Positions 7,456-16,266 of a stretch of DNA of 40,606 nucleotides are shown in pieces. Below the pieces are notes generated by a model, which saw nothing but the letters and a program-made list of their open reading frames with translations, searched no databases and had not been told where the DNA came from. A program made the position numbers and the translations under genes. Position 1 is the stretch's first letter; every line of letters starts with the position of its first letter. The stretch is from Christiangramia sp. (GTDB taxonomy: Bacteria > Bacteroidota > Bacteroidia > Flavobacteriales > Flavobacteriaceae). The DNA lies in NCBI GenBank assembly GCA_041611635.1, contig JBFIMP010000001.1, positions 1 to 40,606 of the forward strand, given 5' to 3'.

Positions 7456-8079
7456 TCAGGTATTTAGTATTCTAACTAAAGCCACAATTATTAGAACCAG
7501 CATAAGCCCTGCCATGAAGTAATTCGAGTACTTCGCAAAGGACTCTGCCTTCTTTTCAATTTTATCGAATAGCTCCACATACAGATAAAGAGAAGTAAAA
7601 CTTCCCAGGCAGGCTGCGGCAGCAAAAGAAATGATTAAAGACCAGTCATAATCCATTCCCCCGCTTAGATCCATAGCTCCTGCAATAGCAACGAAATAAG
7701 GAATGGGAAAGACATTAAGAGCCGCGATCAGCATTCCCTTGAACAGGCTCTGCGCCTGTGCCTTCTGCTGGTTATGAGTGACCCCTTTTCTGTGCCTAGC
7801 TTTTATAAAAAAATAGACCCCGAGGATACAAAAAACAACCAGCCCTGCCCGTAGGATCATCCTTTTCACAAAGGGGTGGTCAAAAATATACTTGGCGAGT
7901 AAAACTGCAATAAAAGCCTGGGTTAGAATAACAATTCCTGCTCCTACAGCCACAAATAATCCGCTCTTCTTCCCTTTCTCAACGCAAGTTTTAGCCACGG
8001 TCATGTTCACCAGGCCCGGTGGAACCACCCCAATAAATGCTGCAAAATATGTGATCAGGAAAAGTTTTGTTTCTTCCAA
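7456..8079 (-). CDS. LysE-family transporter
   Basis: Hydrophobic multi-TM protein with N-terminal PPGLVN motif. TTG start. Confidence 0.7.
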   Translation of the reverse strand: MEETKLFLITYFAAFIGVVPPGLVNMTVAKTCVEKGKKSGLFVAVGAGIVILTQAFIAVLLAKYIFDHPFVKRMILRAGLVVFCILGVYFFIKARHRKGVTHNQQKAQAQSLFKGMLIAALNVFPIPYFVAIAGAMDLSGGMDYDWSLIISFAAAACLGSFTSLYLYVELFDKIEKKAESFAKYSNYFMAGLMLVLIIVALVRILNT

Positions 8080-8085
8080 TAATTC

Positions 8086-8760
8086 TTATTTAATCTTGAA
8101 CTGAATATACGTAATTGGTTTACCTTTTTCAAGGTACTGTTTTTCGTAGAAAGTCTGTATACCTGTCACTTCTTTTGGAGAATATTCATTTTTGTAAATA
8201 TCGTGATGAGCGTATAAGATTTCATGCCCTTCTCCATGTAATAACCCAAGGGTATAACCATGCATGAATTCTGAATCTGTTTTAAGATGCATCGTCCCAT
8301 CCTCTTTCAGGATATTCTTATATCGCTGCAGGAATTCTGTATTGGTCAATCTATGCTTGGTTCTTTTATATTTGATCTGAGGATCTGGAAAAGTGATCCA
8401 GATCTCACTAACTTCTCTGGCTGCAAAAACATGCTCTATAAGCTCGATCTGGGTTCTCACGAAAGCAACATTATCCAGACCTTCCTCGATAGCTGTTTTG
8501 GCTCCCCGCCAGAACCTGGCTCCTTTAATATCTATCCCAATAAAGTTCTTATCTGGGTTCTGTCGTGCGAGTTCCACGGTATATTCGCCTTTACCGCAGC
8601 CTAACTCGAGGACTATTGGATGATCGTTCTTGAAAAAATCCTGACTCCATCTGCCCTTTAATTCAAATAGATTATCTGTAAGCTCCTCCCTGGAAGGTTG
8701 GATTACGTTCTCGAATTTCTCGTTCTCCCTAAAGCGCTTGAGTTTGTTCTTGCTTCCCAC
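8086..8760 (-). CDS. trmB: tRNA (guanosine(46)-N7)-methyltransferase
   Basis: LELGCGKG, TFPDP, KHRL and LKTDS motifs. GTG start. Confidence 0.95.
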   Translation of the reverse strand: MGSKNKLKRFRENEKFENVIQPSREELTDNLFELKGRWSQDFFKNDHPIVLELGCGKGEYTVELARQNPDKNFIGIDIKGARFWRGAKTAIEEGLDNVAFVRTQIELIEHVFAAREVSEIWITFPDPQIKYKRTKHRLTNTEFLQRYKNILKEDGTMHLKTDSEFMHGYTLGLLHGEGHEILYAHHDIYKNEYSPKEVTGIQTFYEKQYLEKGKPITYIQFKIK

Positions 8761-8778
8761 TAATTTTTAATATTTTGG

Positions 8779-8822
8779 CAAAATTAAAGAAAATCGACCA
8801 CCCGCCGATAATAATATATTTG
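8779..8822. promoter_or_regulatory. Back-to-back -7 elements for trmB and the glycosyltransferase
   Basis: TAATTTTG on the - strand (8786-8779) and TATATTTG on the + strand (8815-8822). Confidence 0.6.
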
Positions 8823-8826
8823 TAAA

Positions 8827-9888
8827 ATGCGAAATAAGAGGATATTGGTGGCTGCACTTAATTGGGGACTGGGCCATGCAACCAGGTGTATACCAATTAT
8901 CAACCAACTGAAAGAGCATGATCTTGAACCGATTATTGCTTCAGACGGGCAGGCGCTCAAGCTCTTAAAAAAGGAATTCCCCGATGCTGTTTTTGAAGAG
9001 TTGCCTTCATACAATATTACATACACTAAAAAAGGCAGTAATCTAAAATGGAAATTATTGCTGAATAGCCGGCAAATCATCAAAAATATTAAAGCGGAAT
9101 ATGATCTTACCAAGGAACTGGTCAAGAAGTATGATCTAAAAGGAATAATTTCAGATAATCGATGGGGGGTAAGAAATGATCAACTGAAAACGAATGTTTT
9201 CATCACTCATCAAATAAATGTACTCAGCGGCAACACTACTTTCCTGAGTAGTTTTATTCAGCAGCGATATATCGAAAAATTTGATGAATGCTGGATCCCG
9301 GATTTTGATGGAGAAAATAATTTAAGTGGAATTTTAAGCCATGCTACCTCAACACCTAAAAATGTAAAATTCATTGGCCCTTTGTCAAGATTTGAAAAAA
9401 GTGAAGTTCCGCTTATTTACGATTATCTCGTTTTGCTCAGCGGTCCCGAACCTCAGCGCAGTATGCTTGAAAGAATACTTCTGCAGGAATTCCAATATTC
9501 CAATTTCAAAATCCTCTTTGTTCGTGGAGTAATTAAAGAGGAGAGCATAATCAATACTAATCCCAATATCGAGATCAAAAAATTTTTATTTGGCAAGGCT
9601 CTGGAAGAGGCAATAAATTCAAGCCAGTGTATCATTTCCCGGTCGGGCTACACAACTATTATGGATCTGGCCAAACTGGAAAAAAAGGCGTTCTTCATCC
9701 CCACTCCGGGACAGAACGAACAGGAATATCTTGCAGAAAGACTGGAAAGAATGAATATCGCTCCATGCTGTGACCAGGAAGGATTCGAAATATCTAAACT
9801 AAGTGAAATTAAAAACTATCAAGGTTTAAGTGATCTCGGGAATCACACGCTCTTCGGGGACCTTTTTACTTTTTTCAAGGGTGAATGA
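8827..9888 (+). CDS. GT-B glycosyltransferase (GT28/MurG-C-like domain)
   Basis: WGLGHATR, ISRSGYTTIMD and PTPGQNEQ motifs. Confidence 0.8.
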   Translation: MRNKRILVAALNWGLGHATRCIPIINQLKEHDLEPIIASDGQALKLLKKEFPDAVFEELPSYNITYTKKGSNLKWKLLLNSRQIIKNIKAEYDLTKELVKKYDLKGIISDNRWGVRNDQLKTNVFITHQINVLSGNTTFLSSFIQQRYIEKFDECWIPDFDGENNLSGILSHATSTPKNVKFIGPLSRFEKSEVPLIYDYLVLLSGPEPQRSMLERILLQEFQYSNFKILFVRGVIKEESIINTNPNIEIKKFLFGKALEEAINSSQCIISRSGYTTIMDLAKLEKKAFFIPTPGQNEQEYLAERLERMNIAPCCDQEGFEISKLSEIKNYQGLSDLGNHTLFGDLFTFFKGE

Positions 9889-10905
9889 AAATTCACTACC
9901 AACTCCAAATACACTTTCTACGTATATCTTTTCTTCGTGAGCCTCCAGGATATGTTTAACAATAGACAATCCAAGACCAGAGCCTCCTTCCTTACGCGAA
10001 CCGCTTTTATCTACCCTGTAAAAACGTTCGAACAAACGAGGTATATTTTCTTTTTCGATTCCTTCCCCGTTATCTGTAACCCTAACAATAACCTTGTTTT
10101 TGATCAGGTTCTCGATACTGATTTCGGTAGTCCCTCCTTTTTTACCATATTTAATAGAGTTTACGATAAGATTGGTGAGCACCTGCTGTATCCTTTCGCG
10201 ATCTGCTCTTACATAAATAGGCTCTTCATAATCTATATCAAAAGTCAGCGTAATATTTTTCTTTGCAGCCTTCATTTCTAGTAGATCAAAAGAGGCCTGT
10301 ATCAATTCTACAATATCGAAAGTCTCGTATCGCAAATGCAGATCACCAGTTTCCAGTTTCGTGATCATATCCAGGTCTTTCACGATATAGATCAGTCTCT
10401 CCACTCCTTTACTGGCCCTGGCAAGATATTTCTTTCTGATGTTCTTATCCTTGTGCGCACCATCCAGCAGAGTGAGAATATAACCCTGCACGGTAAAAAG
10501 CGGTGTTTTAAGCTCATGGGATACGTTACCCATAAATTCTTTCCTGTAAGCTTCCCTTACTTTTAATGTTTCGATCTCCAGTTTTTTGTCTTCAGCAAAT
10601 TTCTTCACCTCACGGGTTAGAGAAGACATATCTGTAGTAATCTGGCTTGGCCGTAGCGTTTTTGAGTCCAGAAGTGAAACATTATCATAGACCTTTTTAA
10701 TTCTGCGGTAAATAAAACGCTCTACCCGGTATTGAATAATAAGGAAGGTAAAAAGGTAACAAAGAAGACCAAAAATCAATAAGATGATCCAGACAGATTG
10801 CAGGTCCAGAAAAATAAACACACTCAATAAAACAGCTAGAAATACACTTATATAAAGGGCAGTTCCTAAGGCAAATCTATATGAGCGTTTAAAACTTTGC
10901 GACAT
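9826..10905 (-). CDS. phoR: PhoR-like sensor histidine kinase
   Basis: Two N-terminal TMs; H-box NVSHELKTP; N-box NSIKY; DNGEGI; FERFYRVDK; GSGLGLSIVKH. Confidence 0.8.
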   Translation of the reverse strand: MSQSFKRSYRFALGTALYISVFLAVLLSVFIFLDLQSVWIILLIFGLLCYLFTFLIIQYRVERFIYRRIKKVYDNVSLLDSKTLRPSQITTDMSSLTREVKKFAEDKKLEIETLKVREAYRKEFMGNVSHELKTPLFTVQGYILTLLDGAHKDKNIRKKYLARASKGVERLIYIVKDLDMITKLETGDLHLRYETFDIVELIQASFDLLEMKAAKKNITLTFDIDYEEPIYVRADRERIQQVLTNLIVNSIKYGKKGGTTEISIENLIKNKVIVRVTDNGEGIEKENIPRLFERFYRVDKSGSRKEGGSGLGLSIVKHILEAHEEKIYVESVFGVGSEFSFTLEKSKKVPEERVIPEIT

Positions 10906-11588
10906 TAAACAACAAACTTGTATCCAACTCCTTTAATGGTTTTGATCTTGTCATCCCCAATTTTTTCGCGAAGTTTTCTTATGTGTACATCAATGGTTCT
11001 TCCTCCCACCACAATATCGTTCCCCCAGACATTATCAAGTATATCCTCTCTTTTAAAGACCTTACCCGGCCTGGAAGCCAATAGAGATAAAAGTTCAAAC
11101 TCTTTTCTTGGAAGGGCCATTTCCTCTCCATTCTGGATGATTTTATATTCTTCCCTGTTAATCGTGATATCGCCAAGTTTTACGATGCTTGAAGATGTTT
11201 CTTCTTCGCGGTATCTCCTTAACAATGCCTTTACTTTACTTACCAACACTTTAGGTTTAATGGGCTTTGTAATATAATCGTCTGCCCCGGCATCGAATCC
11301 AGCCATCTGTGAATAATCCTCTCCTCTTGCGGTTAGAAAGGTTATGATCGTCCCTTCCAGGTCTGGTATCTTTCTTATTTGCTCACAGGCCTCTATCCCA
11401 TCCATTTCTGGCATCATAACGTCCAGGATAATTAGATGTGGTTTATTTTTCTTGGCCAGCTTCACGGCATCTACCCCATTGTCTGCAGTGATTACGTTGT
11501 AGCCTTCTGAAGATAAATTATACCCCACTATTTCCAGGATATCCGGTTCATCATCTACCAGTAAAATTTGAATGTCTTTTTTCTTCAT
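10905..11588 (-). CDS. phoP: OmpR/PhoB-family response regulator (PhoP/PhoB-like)
   Basis: Receiver domain VDDE, LDVMMP, GADDYITKP; winged helix RTIDVHIRKLR...GVGY. 1-bp overlap with the kinase start. Confidence 0.8.
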   Translation of the reverse strand: MKKKDIQILLVDDEPDILEIVGYNLSSEGYNVITADNGVDAVKLAKKNKPHLIILDVMMPEMDGIEACEQIRKIPDLEGTIITFLTARGEDYSQMAGFDAGADDYITKPIKPKVLVSKVKALLRRYREEETSSSIVKLGDITINREEYKIIQNGEEMALPRKEFELLSLLASRPGKVFKREDILDNVWGNDIVVGGRTIDVHIRKLREKIGDDKIKTIKGVGYKFVV

Positions 11589-11593
11589 AACAA

Positions 11594-11738
11594 ATTAAGA
11601 TGTGGTTAAGAGACTATAAAATTAACCAATAATTTGAACTATTAACCCATTAACACATTAGTAACATTAAACTAACCCTTTAATGACGAATGATTAATTC
11701 TAAGGTAACATCCCCCTTGTGTCTTCATCGTTAATTTG
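11594..11738. promoter_or_regulatory. Pho-box-like 11-bp direct repeat array in the divergent phoP / TBDT promoter
   Basis: TAAC 11651, TAAC 11662, TAAC 11673, TGAC 11684, TAAT 11695, TAAC 11706 (exact 11-bp period). CTTAAC/CTTAAT pair 11 bp apart on the - strand (11610, 11599). Non-canonical -7-like TTAATTTG at 11731. Confidence 0.7.
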
Positions 11739-11766
11739 CAGCGAGATTTTATAGCAAAAAACAGAA

Positions 11767-14568
11767 ATGAAACGATTCTTATTTTTATCATTAATTTTAA
11801 TTGTAACTGGAGTACAGGCGCAGGATGCGACAAAAGGTGCCATAGGCGGAAAACTTTCCGATAAGGAGATGAACGGTGAGCCCCTACCTTTCGCTAACGT
11901 GTTACTTAAGGACTCTTCTAAAGGAACCACTTCAGATTATGACGGAATATATTTATTAGACAAATTAGAACCTGGAACCTATACAGTGGTATTTAGTTTC
12001 GTTGGTTACGAAACCCTGGAAATCCCTAATGTGGTGGTACAGGCTGGAAAAGTGACCGAAGTAAATACAGAATTAGGCTCCAGTGCAGCTGCCTTAGATG
12101 AAATAGTGATCACCACTGTTTCCAGAAGAGATTCTGAAGTAGCACTTCTTATAGAGCAAAAAAATTCAGTGGATATCAAGGAAAGCATCGGAGCTCAGGA
12201 ATTAGCCAAATTAGGAGTTTCTGATGCTGCCACGGCAACCACTAAAATTTCAGGAGTTACCAGTAGTGAAGCTTCAGGAGATATTTTTGTGAGAGGACTT
12301 GGGGACAGATACCTGTATACTACCATGAATGGTCTCCCTATCCCTTCAGATGATGTGGAACGTAAGAACATTGACCTTGGTCTATTCCCTACCAGAGTGA
12401 TCCAGAATATTTCTATTAGTAAGAATTATTCCCCAGAGAACTCTGCAGACCAGGCTTCAGGAAATATAGACATTACTTCAAGAGAACTAAGAGGGAACAG
12501 CGAACTGGACCTGGGAATGAGATTTGGAGCAAACACAAATGCTGTAGGACAATTCAGTGATTTTAAAGTTTCTCCTAACCAACAGGATGTATATTTTGGA
12601 TTCTATGACCAAAGCATTCCAACCGAATTTTCTTTGAACAACCAGAGCTGGGATCCACAAAATGCCGTATTCCCTATTAACAGAAGATATGCTCTTACTG
12701 CAGGTAAGGAATTTGGAGATTTTGAAGTTCTTTTCACTGCATCCAATTCGGTTGATTTCGAATATAATCAGGGAACCTTCGCCAATTATCGAAATAACGA
12801 TTTTGAAGATGGATTTACAGATGCGACCAATTATAAAAAGACAGATAATAATACGGCGCTATTAGATCTTGGTTACCAGATAAACGATAATAATAGAATC
12901 AAGGCTACCAGCTTATTCATTAATAAAGTAAGCGACGAAGTATTCGAAGGGGGTAGAAATGGTGAAGGGATTGTTTTTGAAGAAAGCGATCGTGGAGATG
13001 ATTTCAATCAATTTGTACGTGATCAGAATACCAAACAAACAAGACTTTGGGTAAATCAGCTACATGGCTTCCATGAAATGTGGGACAGTAAGAACGAGAT
13101 CGAATGGGCAGCTGGTTACAATATGGTAGATGCAAATGAGCCTAACCGAATTAGAAACGAAGTGAACCTTCATCCAACAAAACCTATTTTACTTGGTGAG
13201 ACGGGAGCTTTCCAGCAAAGAAAATCCAATCAGCAGATCGATGATCGCGAGATCAATGCATTCATCCAGGATAAATATAATTTTATCCAGGACGATGAAT
13301 CAGAAAAAAAGGCTTTCATAAAACTAGGTGGTAATTTTAGAAATAAAAAAAGAGACTTTTATTCTAAATTTTATGGAGTTGAAGAAAGAAACTTCAACAC
13401 GGTGAATCCTGAATCTATAGATAATCTAACCGGGATTTTCACTACAGAGAATTTCAACAGCAGAGCTTTAATTGTAAACAACCTAAGTCCAGACCTGTAT
13501 GACGGTACACTGGAATCACTATCTGGTTTCGCATTCTTTAATTATGGGAATGAAAAATGGAACTTAAATGTTGGAGCCAGAGTTCAGAAGGATGATATAG
13601 ATGTTGTTTTCGACGTGAATAACTACCCGTCTAACCTTCCGAATTTTGTTAACAAGTCTTACGATAATATTTACCCAAGTATCAACTTCAGGTTTTCGCC
13701 TAACGAAGATTCGAACATAAGATTTGCAGCATCCAGAACCATTACTTTACCGGAATTCAAGGAGATCGCTCCATTTGAATATGTAGCTCAAACAGGATTG
13801 ATCACCAGAGGTAACCCAGAGTTGGAGGCTTCTACGAACACCAATTTTGATATTAAATATGAAATCTTCCCAAGTTCAGGAGAATTGATCTCTCTTACCG
13901 GATTCTATAAGAACATCAACGATCCTATTAATAAGGCAAGAGAAAGAGGTTCTGCACCGGTATTCTCTTACTTCAACGCAGGAGACGAGGCGAATATCTA
14001 TGGATTGGAGCTTGAAGCCAGAATGGATGTTATCGAGAATGAAAATGAAGCAGGATTGGACGTGGCTGTGACAGGTAACGTGACCAGAATGTGGCACAAG
14101 CAGGATCTTAAAGATGTGTACAACGAGAATGGTGATTTCATTAGAACGTTCCGTTACAACGGGAAAGATGAGATAGGACTTCAGGGAGCTTCAGACTGGA
14201 TCTTCAACGCCTCTTTAAATGTTTCTACTGAAACTGAGAATCCTTTCACAGCAACATTGGTTGGAGCATATGCTTCAGATAAGATCTTTGCTTTGGGTAA
14301 CCCAGAGAGCCAGAGATTAGACCAGATAGACATCCAGTATAATGATGAGATCATCGAAAAAGGATTTGTCACCCTGGACCTAATCATGTCTAAAGAACTT
14401 AATGATAACTGGTCTTTAGAATTTAGAGGACAGAACTTATTGAATCCTGAGATTGAGAGATACCAGGAAATAAGACCAATTTCAGGAAATGTACCTGCAT
14501 CTAATCAAACAGTTAGGTCTTATGACAGGGGCGCAGTTTTAAGCCTTGGTGTAAACTATTCTTTTTAA
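11767..14568 (+). CDS. TonB-dependent transporter with N-terminal carboxypeptidase-regulatory-like domain, probably Pho-regulated (PusC-like)
   Basis: Signal peptide, PLPFANV...SFVGY, TonB box LDEIVIT, plug FVRGLGDRY, GNPEL, C-terminal GVNYSF. Confidence 0.9.
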   Translation: MKRFLFLSLILIVTGVQAQDATKGAIGGKLSDKEMNGEPLPFANVLLKDSSKGTTSDYDGIYLLDKLEPGTYTVVFSFVGYETLEIPNVVVQAGKVTEVNTELGSSAAALDEIVITTVSRRDSEVALLIEQKNSVDIKESIGAQELAKLGVSDAATATTKISGVTSSEASGDIFVRGLGDRYLYTTMNGLPIPSDDVERKNIDLGLFPTRVIQNISISKNYSPENSADQASGNIDITSRELRGNSELDLGMRFGANTNAVGQFSDFKVSPNQQDVYFGFYDQSIPTEFSLNNQSWDPQNAVFPINRRYALTAGKEFGDFEVLFTASNSVDFEYNQGTFANYRNNDFEDGFTDATNYKKTDNNTALLDLGYQINDNNRIKATSLFINKVSDEVFEGGRNGEGIVFEESDRGDDFNQFVRDQNTKQTRLWVNQLHGFHEMWDSKNEIEWAAGYNMVDANEPNRIRNEVNLHPTKPILLGETGAFQQRKSNQQIDDREINAFIQDKYNFIQDDESEKKAFIKLGGNFRNKKRDFYSKFYGVEERNFNTVNPESIDNLTGIFTTENFNSRALIVNNLSPDLYDGTLESLSGFAFFNYGNEKWNLNVGARVQKDDIDVVFDVNNYPSNLPNFVNKSYDNIYPSINFRFSPNEDSNIRFAASRTITLPEFKEIAPFEYVAQTGLITRGNPELEASTNTNFDIKYEIFPSSGELISLTGFYKNINDPINKARERGSAPVFSYFNAGDEANIYGLELEARMDVIENENEAGLDVAVTGNVTRMWHKQDLKDVYNENGDFIRTFRYNGKDEIGLQGASDWIFNASLNVSTETENPFTATLVGAYASDKIFALGNPESQRLDQIDIQYNDEIIEKGFVTLDLIMSKELNDNWSLEFRGQNLLNPEIERYQEIRPISGNVPASNQTVRSYDRGAVLSLGVNYSF

Positions 14569-14622
14569 TCAATTAGAATTTAATATAACCACAACCATTT
14601 TTTAAAAATTAGTATTAAGATT

Positions 14623-15675
14623 ATGAAAAACGCAAAAAAAATCATGACAATGGCTGCGATCTCAATCGGGTTGCTTGCGACATCATGTAGTGATGATAAT
14701 AGTATTGAGCCAATTGATCCTTCAGATGACAGCGGGCAAATACCATCTGGAGACATAGAACTTAACGGTTCTGTACAGGAAGACAGAACACTTGACGCTT
14801 CCAAAACATACAGTCTTACCGGGGTTCTTTCAATAGAAGCAGGCGCGACGCTTACAATTCCAGCAGGAACTCAGATTGTGGCAGATTCAGATACAGATGA
14901 AAGCGATGCTACCAACGTTTATATAGTAGTTCAAAAAGGAGCACAAATAGACATTCAGGGTACTTCATCCTCACCCGTGGTAATGAGGTCTGCAAGCAGA
15001 GAGGCAGGAACCTGGGGTGGATTGATTATCGCAGGTAATGCACCTACTGCTGCAGGAACTAATGCAATTGCTGAAGTAGGAGGTATTATTTATGGAGGTG
15101 CAGACGAGTCAGATGATTCTGGATCCATCAATTACCTTGTATTATCTGATGCCGGTGCTGCCATTAATGCTGAATCTCAATTCAACGGATTGTCTCTTTA
15201 TGCGGTAGGTTCTGAAACTTCTATTCAGAACGTTGCTTTGGTGAATGGAGCAGATGACGGAGTAGAGTTCTTTGGAGGTACCGTTTCAGTTTCAAATCTT
15301 TACCTTGAAAACAATGAGGATGATTCGGTAGACTGGACCGAGGGATGGAGTGGATCATTAGATAACGTTTATGTTAAACATACTATAGAAAACTTCTCTA
15401 CAGCTATTGAAGCAGATAAAGAGAATGGAAATCCTATAATCACTAATTTCACTGCGGTTTCTACTACTGGTGGAGTTGCACTTCAGTTCAAATCTGTATC
15501 TGGAGCCACGATCACAGGACTTTCGCTTTCTGGATATGAAACAGCGATAGATATTACAGACGACAATAGAACAGATCTTTCTGGCATTATCATAGACGGA
15601 AATGTTGTAGATGTAACGGCATCATATAATGCCGAAGCTACCGTAGACATCAACATGTTCGACTGGGCAATGTAA
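14623..15675 (+). CDS. Acidic surface lipoprotein, probable beta-helix (ElpS/PusD-like partner of the TBDT)
   Basis: Lipobox LATS-C followed by acidic SDDN; motifs WGGLII, DDSG, DDGVEFFGG, DDSVDW. Confidence 0.75.
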   Translation: MKNAKKIMTMAAISIGLLATSCSDDNSIEPIDPSDDSGQIPSGDIELNGSVQEDRTLDASKTYSLTGVLSIEAGATLTIPAGTQIVADSDTDESDATNVYIVVQKGAQIDIQGTSSSPVVMRSASREAGTWGGLIIAGNAPTAAGTNAIAEVGGIIYGGADESDDSGSINYLVLSDAGAAINAESQFNGLSLYAVGSETSIQNVALVNGADDGVEFFGGTVSVSNLYLENNEDDSVDWTEGWSGSLDNVYVKHTIENFSTAIEADKENGNPIITNFTAVSTTGGVALQFKSVSGATITGLSLSGYETAIDITDDNRTDLSGIIIDGNVVDVTASYNAEATVDINMFDWAM

Positions 15676-15723
15676 GAGGGTTATTATTTCATAATTATTT
15701 GAATATCAACAATAAGCCAATTT

Positions 15724-15754
15724 AAAAGGGTTGCAACGTGCAACCCTTTTTTTT
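15724..15754 (+). terminator. Intrinsic terminator
   Basis: AAAAGGGTTGCA-acg-TGCAACCCTTTT followed by more T. Confidence 0.9.
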
Positions 15755-15840
15755 ATTATATTTTTTTATATTTAGATAAATTCAATCGCAAGATTTTTGA
15801 AATTTTATTTGTATGTTTGTTTAAACCTCGATCATAAAGA

Positions 15841-16179
15841 ATGAAGCAAAAGTACCTATTTACCTTTTTTCTTTTCTGTTTCCTAATGATTGCCGCCCCG
15901 GTAAATGCTCAGGAAGCTGTTCGTGCGTCTCAACGAACCGAAATTCCCATTGATGGTTTGTCTATTTATCCAAACCCGGTTACAGGTGGCAAAGTTTATA
16001 TTTCTACTACTAAAAATCAGGAAAAGGAGATTGAGATCTATAACGTATTGGGAAAGCCTGTTCAAAAAACCCGTCTTAGAGGCAGAGAAATGGATGTTTC
16101 TTCTTTAACTCCCGGTATCTACATTCTTAAAATACAGGAAGGCAAAGCTAGAGCTACCAGAAAATTAGTAGTAAAATAA
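15841..16179 (+). CDS. Small T9SS type A sorting-domain protein (signal peptide plus CTD only)
   Basis: Signal peptide ending VNA-Q; IYPNP, IYNVLGK, PGIYIL, RKLVVK. Upstream -7 TATGTTTG at 15812-15819. Confidence 0.9.
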   Translation: MKQKYLFTFFLFCFLMIAAPVNAQEAVRASQRTEIPIDGLSIYPNPVTGGKVYISTTKNQEKEIEIYNVLGKPVQKTRLRGREMDVSSLTPGIYILKIQEGKARATRKLVVK

Positions 16180-16205
16180 GATTATACAGTTTATTATTTT
16201 TGACG

Positions 16206-16230
16206 AGCTTCTGTTTCAGAGGCTTTTTTT
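16206..16230 (+). terminator. Intrinsic terminator
   Basis: AGCTTCTG-ttt-CAGAGGCT followed by a T run. Confidence 0.7.
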
Positions 16231-16266
16231 ATTCTTTAATTTTGGTGAAATCTTCGAGGGCTCTTT

